In this document: piece by piece, positions 43,129-52,212 of the stretch
Layout of the letters: each line of letters starts with the position of its first letter
Position numbering within the stretch: position 1 is the first letter of the stretch
From: Minisyncoccota bacterium
GTDB taxonomy: Bacteria; Patescibacteriota; Minisyncoccia; Minisyncoccales; RBG-13-42-11
DNA: 64,000 bases
Reading direction: 5' to 3'
NCBI GenBank assembly: GCA_028712445.1
Contig: JAQTPY010000001.1
Span: forward strand, 120,290-184,289
Translations under genes and position numbers: made by a program
Notes under the pieces: model-generated
The model's database searches: none
Seen by the model: the letters and a program-made list of their open reading frames with translations, nothing else
Told to the model about the DNA's origin: nothing

Positions 43129-43689
43129 ATGGCAGTTGATATCATTCCAACAGAAACAAGCAGGATGCCGAAATGGATAAACTACATGTTTTATTCTTTT
43201 CTCGGGCTTTTGGCAATTTCGTTATTTTGTTTTTTTATCCTGAACAATATTTTCAACAATTCCCGGCAGGAATTAAAAGAACTCGAAGATGCCTTAAACA
43301 ATCAAAGTTGGGAGGTCAGCCCTGGACTGGAAAGCAGCATTCTGGCCAAAAAAGAAAAAATAGATAATTTTAAGACGTTAATCAGTAATCGGAAAACAGT
43401 TTCAGAGATTTTTTCAATTCTTCAGGAGATATCCCATCCTAAAGTTTGGTTTTCTTCCTTTGAACTAAAATCAGAAGAAAATTCCATTGGTCTTGTGGGG
43501 CAAGCCAAGGATTTTGAAAGCCTTGGCCAGCAGATTTTTATTCTTAAATCTGAAAATCTCATTGAAAGTTTTGATTTGCAATCAATTTCAATATCTAAAG
43601 AGGGAAGAATCAACTTCAATTTATCTTTAAGTTTAGACCCTCAAGTTTATAATGTAACTCAGGAATCCTCGGAGGGAAATTATGAATAA
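43129..43689 (+). CDS. PilN-like bitopic protein, set 2
   Basis: 186 aa. One TM helix (YMFYSFLGLLAISLFCFFIL), a coiled coil, and its position after pilM. Confidence 0.6.
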   Translation: MAVDIIPTETSRMPKWINYMFYSFLGLLAISLFCFFILNNIFNNSRQELKELEDALNNQSWEVSPGLESSILAKKEKIDNFKTLISNRKTVSEIFSILQEISHPKVWFSSFELKSEENSIGLVGQAKDFESLGQQIFILKSENLIESFDLQSISISKEGRINFNLSLSLDPQVYNVTQESSEGNYE

Positions 43690-44233
43690 ACAGAATATTT
43701 TCAAGATAACCAATTTCATACCCATTATTGCTTTAGGTTCTTTAATGATCACCCTTTTTCTTTGGGCTGGAGCAATGATTCCTAAAATCAACGAACTGGC
43801 AAAAATTCAAAAAGATATCAAAGAAAAAGGATCTTTGATTACCCGGGAAAAAGAGCATTTTACCAATTTAAAAGAAATAGACCAGAAGCTGGCTGAAAAG
43901 GGAGAAGAAATGGCAAAGATAGGCCTTGCTCTACCCGATTCCCCCGATATTCCATCCCTTTTTGATTTCATTCAAAAAACAGCTTCCTATTCGGGAATGG
44001 TTTTGGAGGGTCTTGGGGACTACACCGTATCTAATTCGTTGCAAGGGGAAAAAATAAGGGAGACTGTTTTCAGTATTCAGGTTTCGGGTTCCTACGAAGA
44101 TTTCAAGAATTTCCTTTCTTCTCTTGAAAATTCATCCAGACTAATTAACGTAGACAGCATTTCTTTCAACGCAAAAGAAGAAGAGGAGAATAACTTCAGT
44201 TTCAATTTAAGCTTGGAAACCTTCAGCAATTAG
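43682..44233 (+). CDS. PilO-like bitopic protein, set 2
   Basis: 183 aa. One TM helix, a coiled coil and a C-terminal alpha/beta region. Overlaps the upstream gene by 8 nt. Confidence 0.6.
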   Translation: MNKQNIFKITNFIPIIALGSLMITLFLWAGAMIPKINELAKIQKDIKEKGSLITREKEHFTNLKEIDQKLAEKGEEMAKIGLALPDSPDIPSLFDFIQKTASYSGMVLEGLGDYTVSNSLQGEKIRETVFSIQVSGSYEDFKNFLSSLENSSRLINVDSISFNAKEEEENNFSFNLSLETFSN

Positions 44234-44243
44234 TTTTCAAAAC

Positions 44244-44576
44244 ATGGAGCACAATTTTGTTCAGCAGCAAAAAAATCAGCGAAATTTAATCATAGTTTTT
44301 ATTTCTGTCATCATTGTCACTGGTTTTATTTTCTGGTTCGGTTTTTTAAGGAAAGATTCGGGTTCGTCCTCCCAGGAAGGACCAGCAACTATCACAGAAC
44401 CAGAAACCATGGGGCAATCTGTTTTTTCAGAAAATGAGATATATCTTGATTTTGCAACTCTCAATGATCCCATTTTTCAAACCTTAATTTCCTTTTCCCC
44501 TATTTTGCCTCCAAGCACTTCAACGGGACTTGAAATAGGAAGGGAAAATCCGTTTATTCCATTTAAAAGCAAATAA
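44244..44576 (+). CDS. Small bitopic protein in the PilP-like position, ending GRENPFIPF
   Basis: 110 aa. One TM helix (LIIVFISVIIVTGFIFWFGF), a Ser/Thr/Pro-rich linker and a C-terminal GRENPF motif. Confidence 0.5.
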   Translation: MEHNFVQQQKNQRNLIIVFISVIIVTGFIFWFGFLRKDSGSSSQEGPATITEPETMGQSVFSENEIYLDFATLNDPIFQTLISFSPILPPSTSTGLEIGRENPFIPFKSK

Positions 44577-44586
44577 TCATTCAAAA

Positions 44587-46314
44587 ATGTCGCTGATAAA
44601 GCAATTAGCAGAAAAGGGATTAATAGATCAGGAAAAAGCCAAGGTTCTGGAAGAGGAGGCCAAGAAAGGCAAGGAAGAGGAAGTAATCTTGAATTCAGGA
44701 GCGGTTCCTGAAGAGGTTTTATTTAAAATCAAGAGCGAGAATCTTAGTATTCCCTTAAAAGAGGTAGACGTTGAGAAAGTCACTTTAAAGGCCCTAGAAC
44801 TGATTCCTGAAGAAACAGCCAAGTTTTATCAAATGATTCCTTTGGAAAAAACAGAGAAGACTTTGGAAGTGGGAATGGTTTATCCTGAAGACCTTAAAGC
44901 TCAGGAAGTGTTGAAATTCTGGGCAAGACAGAAAAATTTCAACTACACAGTTTTTTTAATCACTCCCGATACTCTAAAAAAATTATTGAGCCAGTATCGA
45001 ACCTTAAAAGAGGAGGTAGGCCAAGCTTTAGAGGAGCTTGAAGGAGAGTTAAAAGAGGAAAAAATAAAAGGAAGGACAGAGGAAGACTACGAAAAAATTG
45101 CCGAGGACGCCCCCATTACCAAAATTGTCGCTGTTATTTTAAGGCATGCCGTTGAAGGTTCAGCCTCAGATATTCATATTGAACCCACCCGCACCAAACT
45201 GAGAATTAGATTCAGATTTTTAGGAGAGCTGCATTCCTCAATATTTCTTCCCATAAAAATCCATTCTGCGGTAGTGGCCAGAATAAAAATTCTTTCCAAT
45301 CTCAAGATTGATGAAACCAGGATCCCCCAGGACGGCAGATTTTCAACCAATGTTGCAGGCAAGATAATTGATTACAGAGTCTCTACTTTTCCAACTTCTT
45401 TAGGGGAAAAGGTGGCAATCAGAGTTTTGGATCCGGAAGCAAGCATAAAGACTTTTGAGGATTTGGGACTGAGGGGAAGAAACTTGGAAATAGTTAAAGA
45501 AAAGATAAAAAAGCCATACGGTTTGATTCTGGTGACTGGTCCCACCGGTTCGGGAAAAACAACAACCCTTTATGCTGTTCTTAAGTTATTAAACAAAGAT
45601 GAATCCAATATCGTCACCCTTGAAGACCCCGTAGAGTATCTTATTGACGGTATTAATCAGTCTCAGGTGAGGCCGGAAATAGAATACACTTTTGCATCGG
45701 GATTAAGGCATATTTTAAGGCAGGATCCTAACGTAATCATGGTTGGAGAAATCCGCGATGAGGAAACAGCCACCCTGGCCATTCATGCCGCTTTAACAGG
45801 CCATATAGTATTATCCACTCTTCATACAAACAATGCCTTGGGTGTTGTTCCCCGTCTGATTGATATGGGAATTAAACCCTACCTTCTTCCTCCGACTCTT
45901 CAGGTGGCTATCGCTCAGAGGCTTGTCAGAAAACTTTGCAAGGAGTGCCGGAAAAAAGTGAAACCGACAGCAGAGGTGAAGGAGTTGATTTTAAAGAAAA
46001 TAGCAAACATGCCGGATTCTTATAAATCTGAAGCTAAACTGGGCGGCAAAACCCAGAAGGAAATATATGTTTATGAGCCAGTGGGTTGTTCTAAATGCGC
46101 TCAAACAGGTTTTTCAGGCAGAATAGCTCTTTTTGAAGTTTTTTCCTCCAGCCCGGCTATAATTCAGGAAATCTCCAAAGATCTTTCAGAGGCAAATCTT
46201 TTAAAGAAAGCCAGGGAAGAAGGAATGATGACCATAGACCAAGACGGGATTTTAAAGGCCTTGGAGGGTCTGACAACCATAGAAGAAGTATTAAGAGTAA
46301 CCGAAGAAAGATAA
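44587..46314 (+). CDS. pilB: Type IV pilus assembly ATPase PilB, set 2
   Basis: 575 aa. T2SSE_N-like N-terminus. Walker A GPTGSGKTTT, VGEIRD, TGHIVLSTLHT. Tetracysteine motif (CKEC..C..C) present. Confidence 0.9.
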   Translation: MSLIKQLAEKGLIDQEKAKVLEEEAKKGKEEEVILNSGAVPEEVLFKIKSENLSIPLKEVDVEKVTLKALELIPEETAKFYQMIPLEKTEKTLEVGMVYPEDLKAQEVLKFWARQKNFNYTVFLITPDTLKKLLSQYRTLKEEVGQALEELEGELKEEKIKGRTEEDYEKIAEDAPITKIVAVILRHAVEGSASDIHIEPTRTKLRIRFRFLGELHSSIFLPIKIHSAVVARIKILSNLKIDETRIPQDGRFSTNVAGKIIDYRVSTFPTSLGEKVAIRVLDPEASIKTFEDLGLRGRNLEIVKEKIKKPYGLILVTGPTGSGKTTTLYAVLKLLNKDESNIVTLEDPVEYLIDGINQSQVRPEIEYTFASGLRHILRQDPNVIMVGEIRDEETATLAIHAALTGHIVLSTLHTNNALGVVPRLIDMGIKPYLLPPTLQVAIAQRLVRKLCKECRKKVKPTAEVKELILKKIANMPDSYKSEAKLGGKTQKEIYVYEPVGCSKCAQTGFSGRIALFEVFSSSPAIIQEISKDLSEANLLKKAREEGMMTIDQDGILKALEGLTTIEEVLRVTEER

Positions 46315-46325
46315 TTAATAAATTT

Positions 46326-46706
46326 ATGGCAAACACAAAAAAGAAAACAATCTTATTGGTAGAAGACGACCCCTTTTTAATCGATATTTATTCAACTAAG
46401 TTTTTAGAAAGCGGTTTCTCGGTAGAAATAATCAAATCTGGGGATTTGATTCTGCCCAGACTCGAAGAAATAACCCCTGATTTAATAGTTTTGGACATAG
46501 TCCTCCCTCAAATGGACGGCTGGGAAATTTTAAGAAGAATAAAATCAGAAAAACGTTTCAAAGATTTAAAGGTGATAATTCTCTCCAATCTCGGCCAGAA
46601 AGAAGAGGTGGAAAAAGGCATGAAGCTGGGGGCAACCAAATATTTAATCAAAGCCCACTTCACTCCGAGCCAGATTGCCGAAGAGGTGAAAAAGATTTTG
46701 GATTAA
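46326..46706 (+). CDS. Stand-alone receiver-domain response regulator (PilH/CheY-like)
   Basis: 126 aa. VEDD acidic pocket, LIVLDIVLP phospho-acceptor, ILSN, KAHF. No output domain. Confidence 0.85.
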   Translation: MANTKKKTILLVEDDPFLIDIYSTKFLESGFSVEIIKSGDLILPRLEEITPDLIVLDIVLPQMDGWEILRRIKSEKRFKDLKVIILSNLGQKEEVEKGMKLGATKYLIKAHFTPSQIAEEVKKILD

Positions 46707-46724
46707 ATTTTACATATAACTCTT

Positions 46725-47789
46725 ATGAATAATTACCAAGAAAGAATAAAAGAATTGCTTGAATTGACATTCAAGGAACAGGCTTCAGACCTTCATCTCT
46801 CTGTGGGCCACAGCCCGATTTTGAGAGTGGCAGGAGAGCTGATCCCCTTGGTTAAAAAAAAGGTTCTTGAAGCAGACGATACCAGAGGAATGGCAGAGGC
46901 CTTAATGTCTCCCGAACAATTTAAAAAGCTTTTTGAAGAAAAAGAACTGGATTTTTCCCACAACGTGGCGGGAGAGGGGCGCTTCAGGGTGAATGTTTTT
47001 TTCCAGCAGGGAAATATTTCAATCGCTTTCAGGTTAATCTCAGACAAGATAAAAACCATTGATGAGTTGAATTTGCCTCCTATCATCAAAGAATTTACTG
47101 AAGCTTCCCAAGGTTTTGTCATTATCACCGGCCCTTCTGGCTCAGGCAAATCAACCACCCTGGCTGCTTTAATTGATCAGATAAACCACACAAGAAAAGA
47201 TCACATAATCACCATTGAAGATCCGGTAGAATTCATTTTCGAGGATGACAGAAGTATTATTGACCAAAGAGAGGTTCAGCAGGATACCCTTTCTTTTGCG
47301 CGAGCTCTCAGGGCCACTTTCAGGCAAGATCCCAATGTTATTATGGTTGGGGAAATGAGAGATCCTGAAACAATATCCACAGCCATTACCGCTGCTGAAA
47401 CCGGTCATTTGGTATTTGCCACTCTTCATACTAATTCAGCCAGCCAAACGATTCACCGCATAGTGGATTCTTTCCCTTCCGACCAGCAGGAGCAGATAAG
47501 AGCCCAGCTCTCGTCTTCCCTGCTCGGAGTTGTTTCCCAGAGGCTGATTCCAAGGATTAAAGGAGGCCTTATTCCTGCCTGCGAGGTGATGATAGCTACT
47601 CCCGCCATTTCAAATCTTATCAGGGAGAATAAAGTGCACGAGCTTCCTTTAGTAATTGAAACGTCAAACGAATTAGGAATGGTTTCCTTAAACAGATCTT
47701 TGGCTAATTTAGTCAGAAGAAAAGAAATTGCCCTGGAGAGCGCTCTGAATTTTTCTCTTAATCCCAAAGAATTGCAGATGTTAATGTAG
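46725..47789 (+). CDS. pilT: Type IV pilus retraction ATPase PilT
   Basis: 354 aa. ASDLHL start. Walker A GPSGSGKSTT, VGEMRD, TGHLVFATLHT. AIRNLIRE-like motif (AISNLIRENK). Confidence 0.9.
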   Translation: MNNYQERIKELLELTFKEQASDLHLSVGHSPILRVAGELIPLVKKKVLEADDTRGMAEALMSPEQFKKLFEEKELDFSHNVAGEGRFRVNVFFQQGNISIAFRLISDKIKTIDELNLPPIIKEFTEASQGFVIITGPSGSGKSTTLAALIDQINHTRKDHIITIEDPVEFIFEDDRSIIDQREVQQDTLSFARALRATFRQDPNVIMVGEMRDPETISTAITAAETGHLVFATLHTNSASQTIHRIVDSFPSDQQEQIRAQLSSSLLGVVSQRLIPRIKGGLIPACEVMIATPAISNLIRENKVHELPLVIETSNELGMVSLNRSLANLVRRKEIALESALNFSLNPKELQMLM

Positions 47790-47834
47790 ATGAAGTTTAA
47801 TTATGATTCCCGCAAGCGGGTCCCTATTAATTAA

Positions 47835-49037
47835 ATGAAATTTAATTATCAAGCGAGAACGAAAGATGGAGACACTCAGGCAGGCCAAGTGGAAGCTTCT
47901 TCAAAGGAGGCCGCTGTTAATTTACTGCAGCAGCATAGCCTTTACGTCACTTTTCTCCAGGAAGCAAAACCTCCCTTATATGCTTTGAAATTAAATCTTT
48001 TCGGGAATATTTCCAGAAAGGAAATAGTTCTTTTTTCACGTCAGCTAAGCATAATGTTTAAATCCAAAGTTTCTTTGATTGAAGCTTTGAGATCCATAGG
48101 CAGTCAAACAAAAAATGCTGATTTAAAAGAAAAGATATTTCATATTTCCGAAGAAGTGGAAGGGGGAACCTCTTTTTCTAAGGCAATTTCAAATTACCCC
48201 AAACTCTTCTCCCCCTTTTACGTGGCAATGGTAAAATCCGGGGAGGTTTCAGGAAAGCTGTCTCAGGCCCTGAATTATTTGGCCGATCATTTAGAGAGAG
48301 AGTATTATCTTATTTCTAAAGCCAAGGGGGCTTTGGTTTACCCTTCCCTTATACTCGTCGTGGTAGTAGGAGTCCTTCTGATGATGACTTATTTCGTTCT
48401 TCCCAACCTTAGCCAGGTCTTATTAAGCAGCGGAGTTGATCTTCCCCTGATTACCAAAATTGTTTTGAAAATGGGAGATTTTATAAGAAAGGCGGGCTGG
48501 GTGCTGATTCTTCTTTCTGGAGTAGCAGCTTTTCTTTTTTCCAAATTTTATCGGAGCCCTAAAGGGAAAGAGGTGTGTGACAGATGGATTCTTAATTTTC
48601 CTCTTGCGGGAAATCTGATAAAAATGATTAATGTCAGCCGTTTTGCTGAAAATCTTGCCACCTTGATTTCCGGAGGCCTCCCCATTACGCAGGCATTGGG
48701 AATTACCGGAGACATAATCGATAACATTTCTTACAAGAAAATAATCTTTAAAGCGCGGGACGACGTTAAAAAAGGAGAGCCCATATCGTCTGTGCTGGAG
48801 GGGGCGCCAGTTCTCTTTCCCCCTATTTTTACTCAGATGGTCAGAGTCGGGGAAAGAACGGGAACTCTCGATGTAACCTTATTGGAAATAGTTGAATTTT
48901 TTCAAAAAGATATAGAAAGATCAATAGACGGCCTGATCGGTGTTCTGGAACCGGTTTTGATAATCTTCTTGGGAGGATTGGTGGGAGGAATGCTGCTCTC
49001 GGTTCTTATGCCTCTTTATCAGACAATATCAATGTAA
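47835..49037 (+). CDS. pilC: Type IV pilus platform protein PilC, set 2
   Basis: 400 aa. Duplicated GspF domains and three TM segments. Confidence 0.85.
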   Translation: MKFNYQARTKDGDTQAGQVEASSKEAAVNLLQQHSLYVTFLQEAKPPLYALKLNLFGNISRKEIVLFSRQLSIMFKSKVSLIEALRSIGSQTKNADLKEKIFHISEEVEGGTSFSKAISNYPKLFSPFYVAMVKSGEVSGKLSQALNYLADHLEREYYLISKAKGALVYPSLILVVVVGVLLMMTYFVLPNLSQVLLSSGVDLPLITKIVLKMGDFIRKAGWVLILLSGVAAFLFSKFYRSPKGKEVCDRWILNFPLAGNLIKMINVSRFAENLATLISGGLPITQALGITGDIIDNISYKKIIFKARDDVKKGEPISSVLEGAPVLFPPIFTQMVRVGERTGTLDVTLLEIVEFFQKDIERSIDGLIGVLEPVLIIFLGGLVGGMLLSVLMPLYQTISM

Positions 49038-49124
49038 AAGTTTTTAATTGAGTTTTCCACATACCCTCCCTTGCCTTCTTGTGCTAATATTACTTAATTA
49101 AAGGTCATTATTAATAAAAAAAAT

Positions 49125-49610
49125 ATGATGAATATTGATAAAGAAAAAAAAGGCTTCACCTTGATTGAATTATTGGTGGTGATTGCCATTATCGGCTTGC
49201 TATCTTCGATTGTTTTAGTGGCAGTGGGGCCGGCCAGAGCCAAAGCCAGAGACGCCAAAAGACAATCAGATATCAGACAAATTTCTTCAGCCATGGAAAT
49301 GGCAATGTCTGACAGTGTCGTGAGCCAATACCCTGCAGTTACAGCGGCGAGCGGCAAGCTGTCCAGCGTTGCTTCTCCATTCGCAACTTATATGCCGTCT
49401 CTTCCTCAGGATCCTGGAGGAGGTTCGGGAGCTTGCACTACTGATGACAGCTCAGAGACAGCAGCCGGAGGCTACTGCGCTTATTCTAGCAGTGCTGGAT
49501 CAGAGTTTTGCATTTATGCCAAACTTTCGACCGGAGACTGGATTGTGGCCAGCGAGAAGGGAGTGTCTACGATGACTACTTACCCCGCAACAATGTCAGC
49601 TTGCCCCTAG
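49125..49610 (+). CDS. Type IV (major-type) pilin 1
   Basis: 161 aa. [10 protein letters not shown]|[34 protein letters not shown] helix. C-terminal Cys pair. Confidence 0.85.
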   Translation: MMNIDKEKKGFTLIELLVVIAIIGLLSSIVLVAVGPARAKARDAKRQSDIRQISSAMEMAMSDSVVSQYPAVTAASGKLSSVASPFATYMPSLPQDPGGGSGACTTDDSSETAAGGYCAYSSSAGSEFCIYAKLSTGDWIVASEKGVSTMTTYPATMSACP

Positions 49611-49694
49611 AGTTTGATAGTAAATATATTTTTAGCAAAGGTCGATTAGATAACGATTCCGTTCCGCAAATCAGCGAACGGCGAAAGAATAAAT

Positions 49695-50156
49695 ATGCAA
49701 TTATTTGAAAAGAAAAATCGTGGCTTCACCTTGATTGAATTATTGGTGGTGATTGCCATTATCGGAATTTTAGCATCAATCGTTTTAGTTTCTTTGGGTG
49801 GAGCAAGAGCTAAAGCCAGAGATGCTCAAAGGCAGTCGGATATGAGACAGATTGTGACAGCTCAAGAAATGTATTACGGAGACAGCTCAGTTTATTTTCA
49901 ATCAGGAGCCACTGCCGGCACAAGCACTTTTTCTGGGATTACAGGTTATTTGGATGCCATTGATGATCCTCAGCCGACAACCAAAGATTACATTTGGGTA
50001 AACAACGATTACGACATCACAGACTGCACTCAGGGAGATTACTTTTGTGCTTACGCCGCCCTGGAGGGAGGAAATTATTTTGCCGCTTCCGAGAAGGGAA
50101 CTAAAACAGTATCTGCGCTTCCTGAATACGGCTCTTCAGATTGCGTTTGCTGGTAG
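49695..50156 (+). CDS. Type IV (major-type) pilin 2
   Basis: 153 aa. MQLFEKKNRG|[21 protein letters not shown]. Same helix motif as pilin 1, divergent C-terminal globular part with Cys residues. Confidence 0.85.
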   Translation: MQLFEKKNRGFTLIELLVVIAIIGILASIVLVSLGGARAKARDAQRQSDMRQIVTAQEMYYGDSSVYFQSGATAGTSTFSGITGYLDAIDDPQPTTKDYIWVNNDYDITDCTQGDYFCAYAALEGGNYFAASEKGTKTVSALPEYGSSDCVCW

Positions 50157-50308
50157 AGCACACATTATCTAAAAGCAAAAAGGCGTTTCCGAACTGGAGC
50201 GCTTTTTTGTTTGGGCAACTTTGAAAGAATGTTGAATTTAGAATATAGTATATAGAATGAGAATAGAGAATTGAGAGAATCCTTATTCAAGATTCCAAAT
50301 TCTATTTT

Positions 50309-51085
50309 ATGCAGATATATTTTAGCATTGCCACATTCCTCTTGGGTCTTATAGTCGGTTCCTTTTTAAACTGCGTGATTTATAGAATGGAGGAGGGAAA
50401 GAGTTTTTTGAAAGGCCGTTCTTTTTGTCCTTATTGCAAACACGAGCTTTCTTGGCGTGATTTAATTCCTATTTTCAGTTTTCTTTTATTGAGAAGAAAA
50501 TGCAGATATTGCAAAAAGCCCATATCTTGGCAATATCCCCTGGTGGAACTGGGAACAGGAATCCTATTTGTTTTAGGATTGCTTTTTGTTTTTAATTCAG
50601 GGATTTGGGATTTTATTTGTTATTTGCTTGTTTCTTCTTTTTTTGTTTTAATCTTTGTCTTTGATTTAAAACATTATATTATTCCCGATAGATTGGTCTG
50701 GCCGGCAATTTTAATTGCTTTTTTATATCAGTGGAATTTATATCAATGGAATTTTTTGGAAATGAAAAATCTGGCATTGGGAGTGCTGCCGGCTTTCTTT
50801 ATTCTGGCCATTATAATTGTTTCTCGCGGCAAATGGATGGGTTTGGGTGATTTTAGTCTGACAATATTAATGGGCCTTTTCCTCGGCTTTCCTAAAATCC
50901 TTGTAGCTTTGTTTTTTGCATTCTTTCTGGGTGCTATAATAGGAATAAGCTTGATGATTTTCAAAGGAAAAACTTTAAAATCAGAGATTCCTTTCGGCCC
51001 CTTTTTAATAACGGCAACCTTTATTTCTTTTTTTTGGGGCCAGCAGATAATTAACGGGTATCTTCGTTTTCTGTTTAATCCATGA
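50309..51085 (+). CDS. pilD: Prepilin peptidase (A24 family) PilD
   Basis: 258 aa. N-terminal CxxC..CxxC zinc motif (CPYC..CRYC). Polytopic. Conserved Asp-containing motifs (FDLKHYIIPD, GLGDF). Confidence 0.85.
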   Translation: MQIYFSIATFLLGLIVGSFLNCVIYRMEEGKSFLKGRSFCPYCKHELSWRDLIPIFSFLLLRRKCRYCKKPISWQYPLVELGTGILFVLGLLFVFNSGIWDFICYLLVSSFFVLIFVFDLKHYIIPDRLVWPAILIAFLYQWNLYQWNFLEMKNLALGVLPAFFILAIIIVSRGKWMGLGDFSLTILMGLFLGFPKILVALFFAFFLGAIIGISLMIFKGKTLKSEIPFGPFLITATFISFFWGQQIINGYLRFLFNP

Positions 51086-51582
51086 ACAAAGCTTTCACTT
51101 TGATAGAATTAATGGTCGTGACGGCCCTGATTGCTCTCGTGAGCATTTTGATCATGCCCAATTTCAGAAGCGGAGAAAATCAGTTGGCAGTCAAAAGAGA
51201 AACCTATAAACTGTCTCAGAATATAAGGAGAGTACAAGAAATGGCCATTTCCGCCAAAGAATTTGAGGGAGCAGTGCCCGGTGGCTACGGAGTCTATTTT
51301 AAAAAAACGGAGCCCGCTCATTTTATTATTTTTGCCGACATTGATAACGACAAGACATATTCGTCTCTAGACAATGTTGTAGAAGATGTTTTATTGGAGG
51401 AAATTGAAATCAGCAGTCTTTCTTCGGGAACGAAACTAACAATTGTTTTTACTTCGCCGGATCCGACAGTGACCATTACTCCTTCATCTGAATCAGCTGC
51501 GATTAATCTGAAGAGGGTGGGTTCTGAGCAGGATGTTTCTTCAGTTACCATTAACAAAGTCGGTTTAATAACCATAGATTAG
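51082..51582 (+). CDS. Minor pilin (GspH/FimT-like)
   Basis: 166 aa. MNKA|FTLIELMVVTALIAL. ATGA start/stop overlap with pilD. Confidence 0.7.
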   Translation: MNKAFTLIELMVVTALIALVSILIMPNFRSGENQLAVKRETYKLSQNIRRVQEMAISAKEFEGAVPGGYGVYFKKTEPAHFIIFADIDNDKTYSSLDNVVEDVLLEEIEISSLSSGTKLTIVFTSPDPTVTITPSSESAAINLKRVGSEQDVSSVTINKVGLITID

Positions 51583-51585
51583 CGC

Positions 51586-52212
51586 ATGAAGAACGGGTTT
51601 ACTTTAATTGAGGTAGTGATAGCTATTTTTTTCCTGACAGTTGGCGTAGGCGGCTGTTTTGCCTTAATTCAGCAGGTATCAGCTTCCAACTCTCTGAATA
51701 AGTCAAAGTTTGAAGCTTTTTATTTGGCTCAGGAAGGAGTTGAAATAGTCAGAAACATCAGGGATAACAATTGGCTGGAAAGCAGAGATGATCCCGGCAT
51801 TCTTTGGACCGAGGGAATTGTTTCAGCTTCGGGCTGTCTTTCTTTGAGGATTTCACCCTGCGATTCTTACGGAGACGTAAATTTTGACGGCGTAGTGAGC
51901 GACAAAGACAGCGATCTTGTTTCAGATTATATATCAGGTTTCGGGTCATTGAGTGCAGAAGAATTAAAAAGAGCAGATGTTAATGGTGACGGAGACGTAA
52001 ACAATCTTGACTTAACAGCTTTTGAAAATTATATAGGGTGCGCGCCTGCCTATAATTTGCCAATCTGTTCTCTTGCGGGAAAATTCCAAAGAGAGACGAT
52101 CGTTATCCAGATTGACAGCAACAACATAGATGTTTTAAGCAGAATATATTGGCAGGAGAGAGGGGCAACCCATGAGGTTGAAGTCGTAAACCAATTATCA
52201 AACTGGAAATGA
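51586..52212 (+). CDS. Minor pilin (PilV-like) carrying an internal dockerin-like double EF-hand module
   Basis: 208 aa. MKNG|FTLIEVVIAIFFL. Residues ~95-150 read GDVNFDGVVSDKDSDLVSDYI ... ADVNGDGDVNNLDLTAFENYI, i.e. two dockerin type I-like repeats. Confidence 0.65.
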   Translation: MKNGFTLIEVVIAIFFLTVGVGGCFALIQQVSASNSLNKSKFEAFYLAQEGVEIVRNIRDNNWLESRDDPGILWTEGIVSASGCLSLRISPCDSYGDVNFDGVVSDKDSDLVSDYISGFGSLSAEELKRADVNGDGDVNNLDLTAFENYIGCAPAYNLPICSLAGKFQRETIVIQIDSNNIDVLSRIYWQERGATHEVEVVNQLSNWK

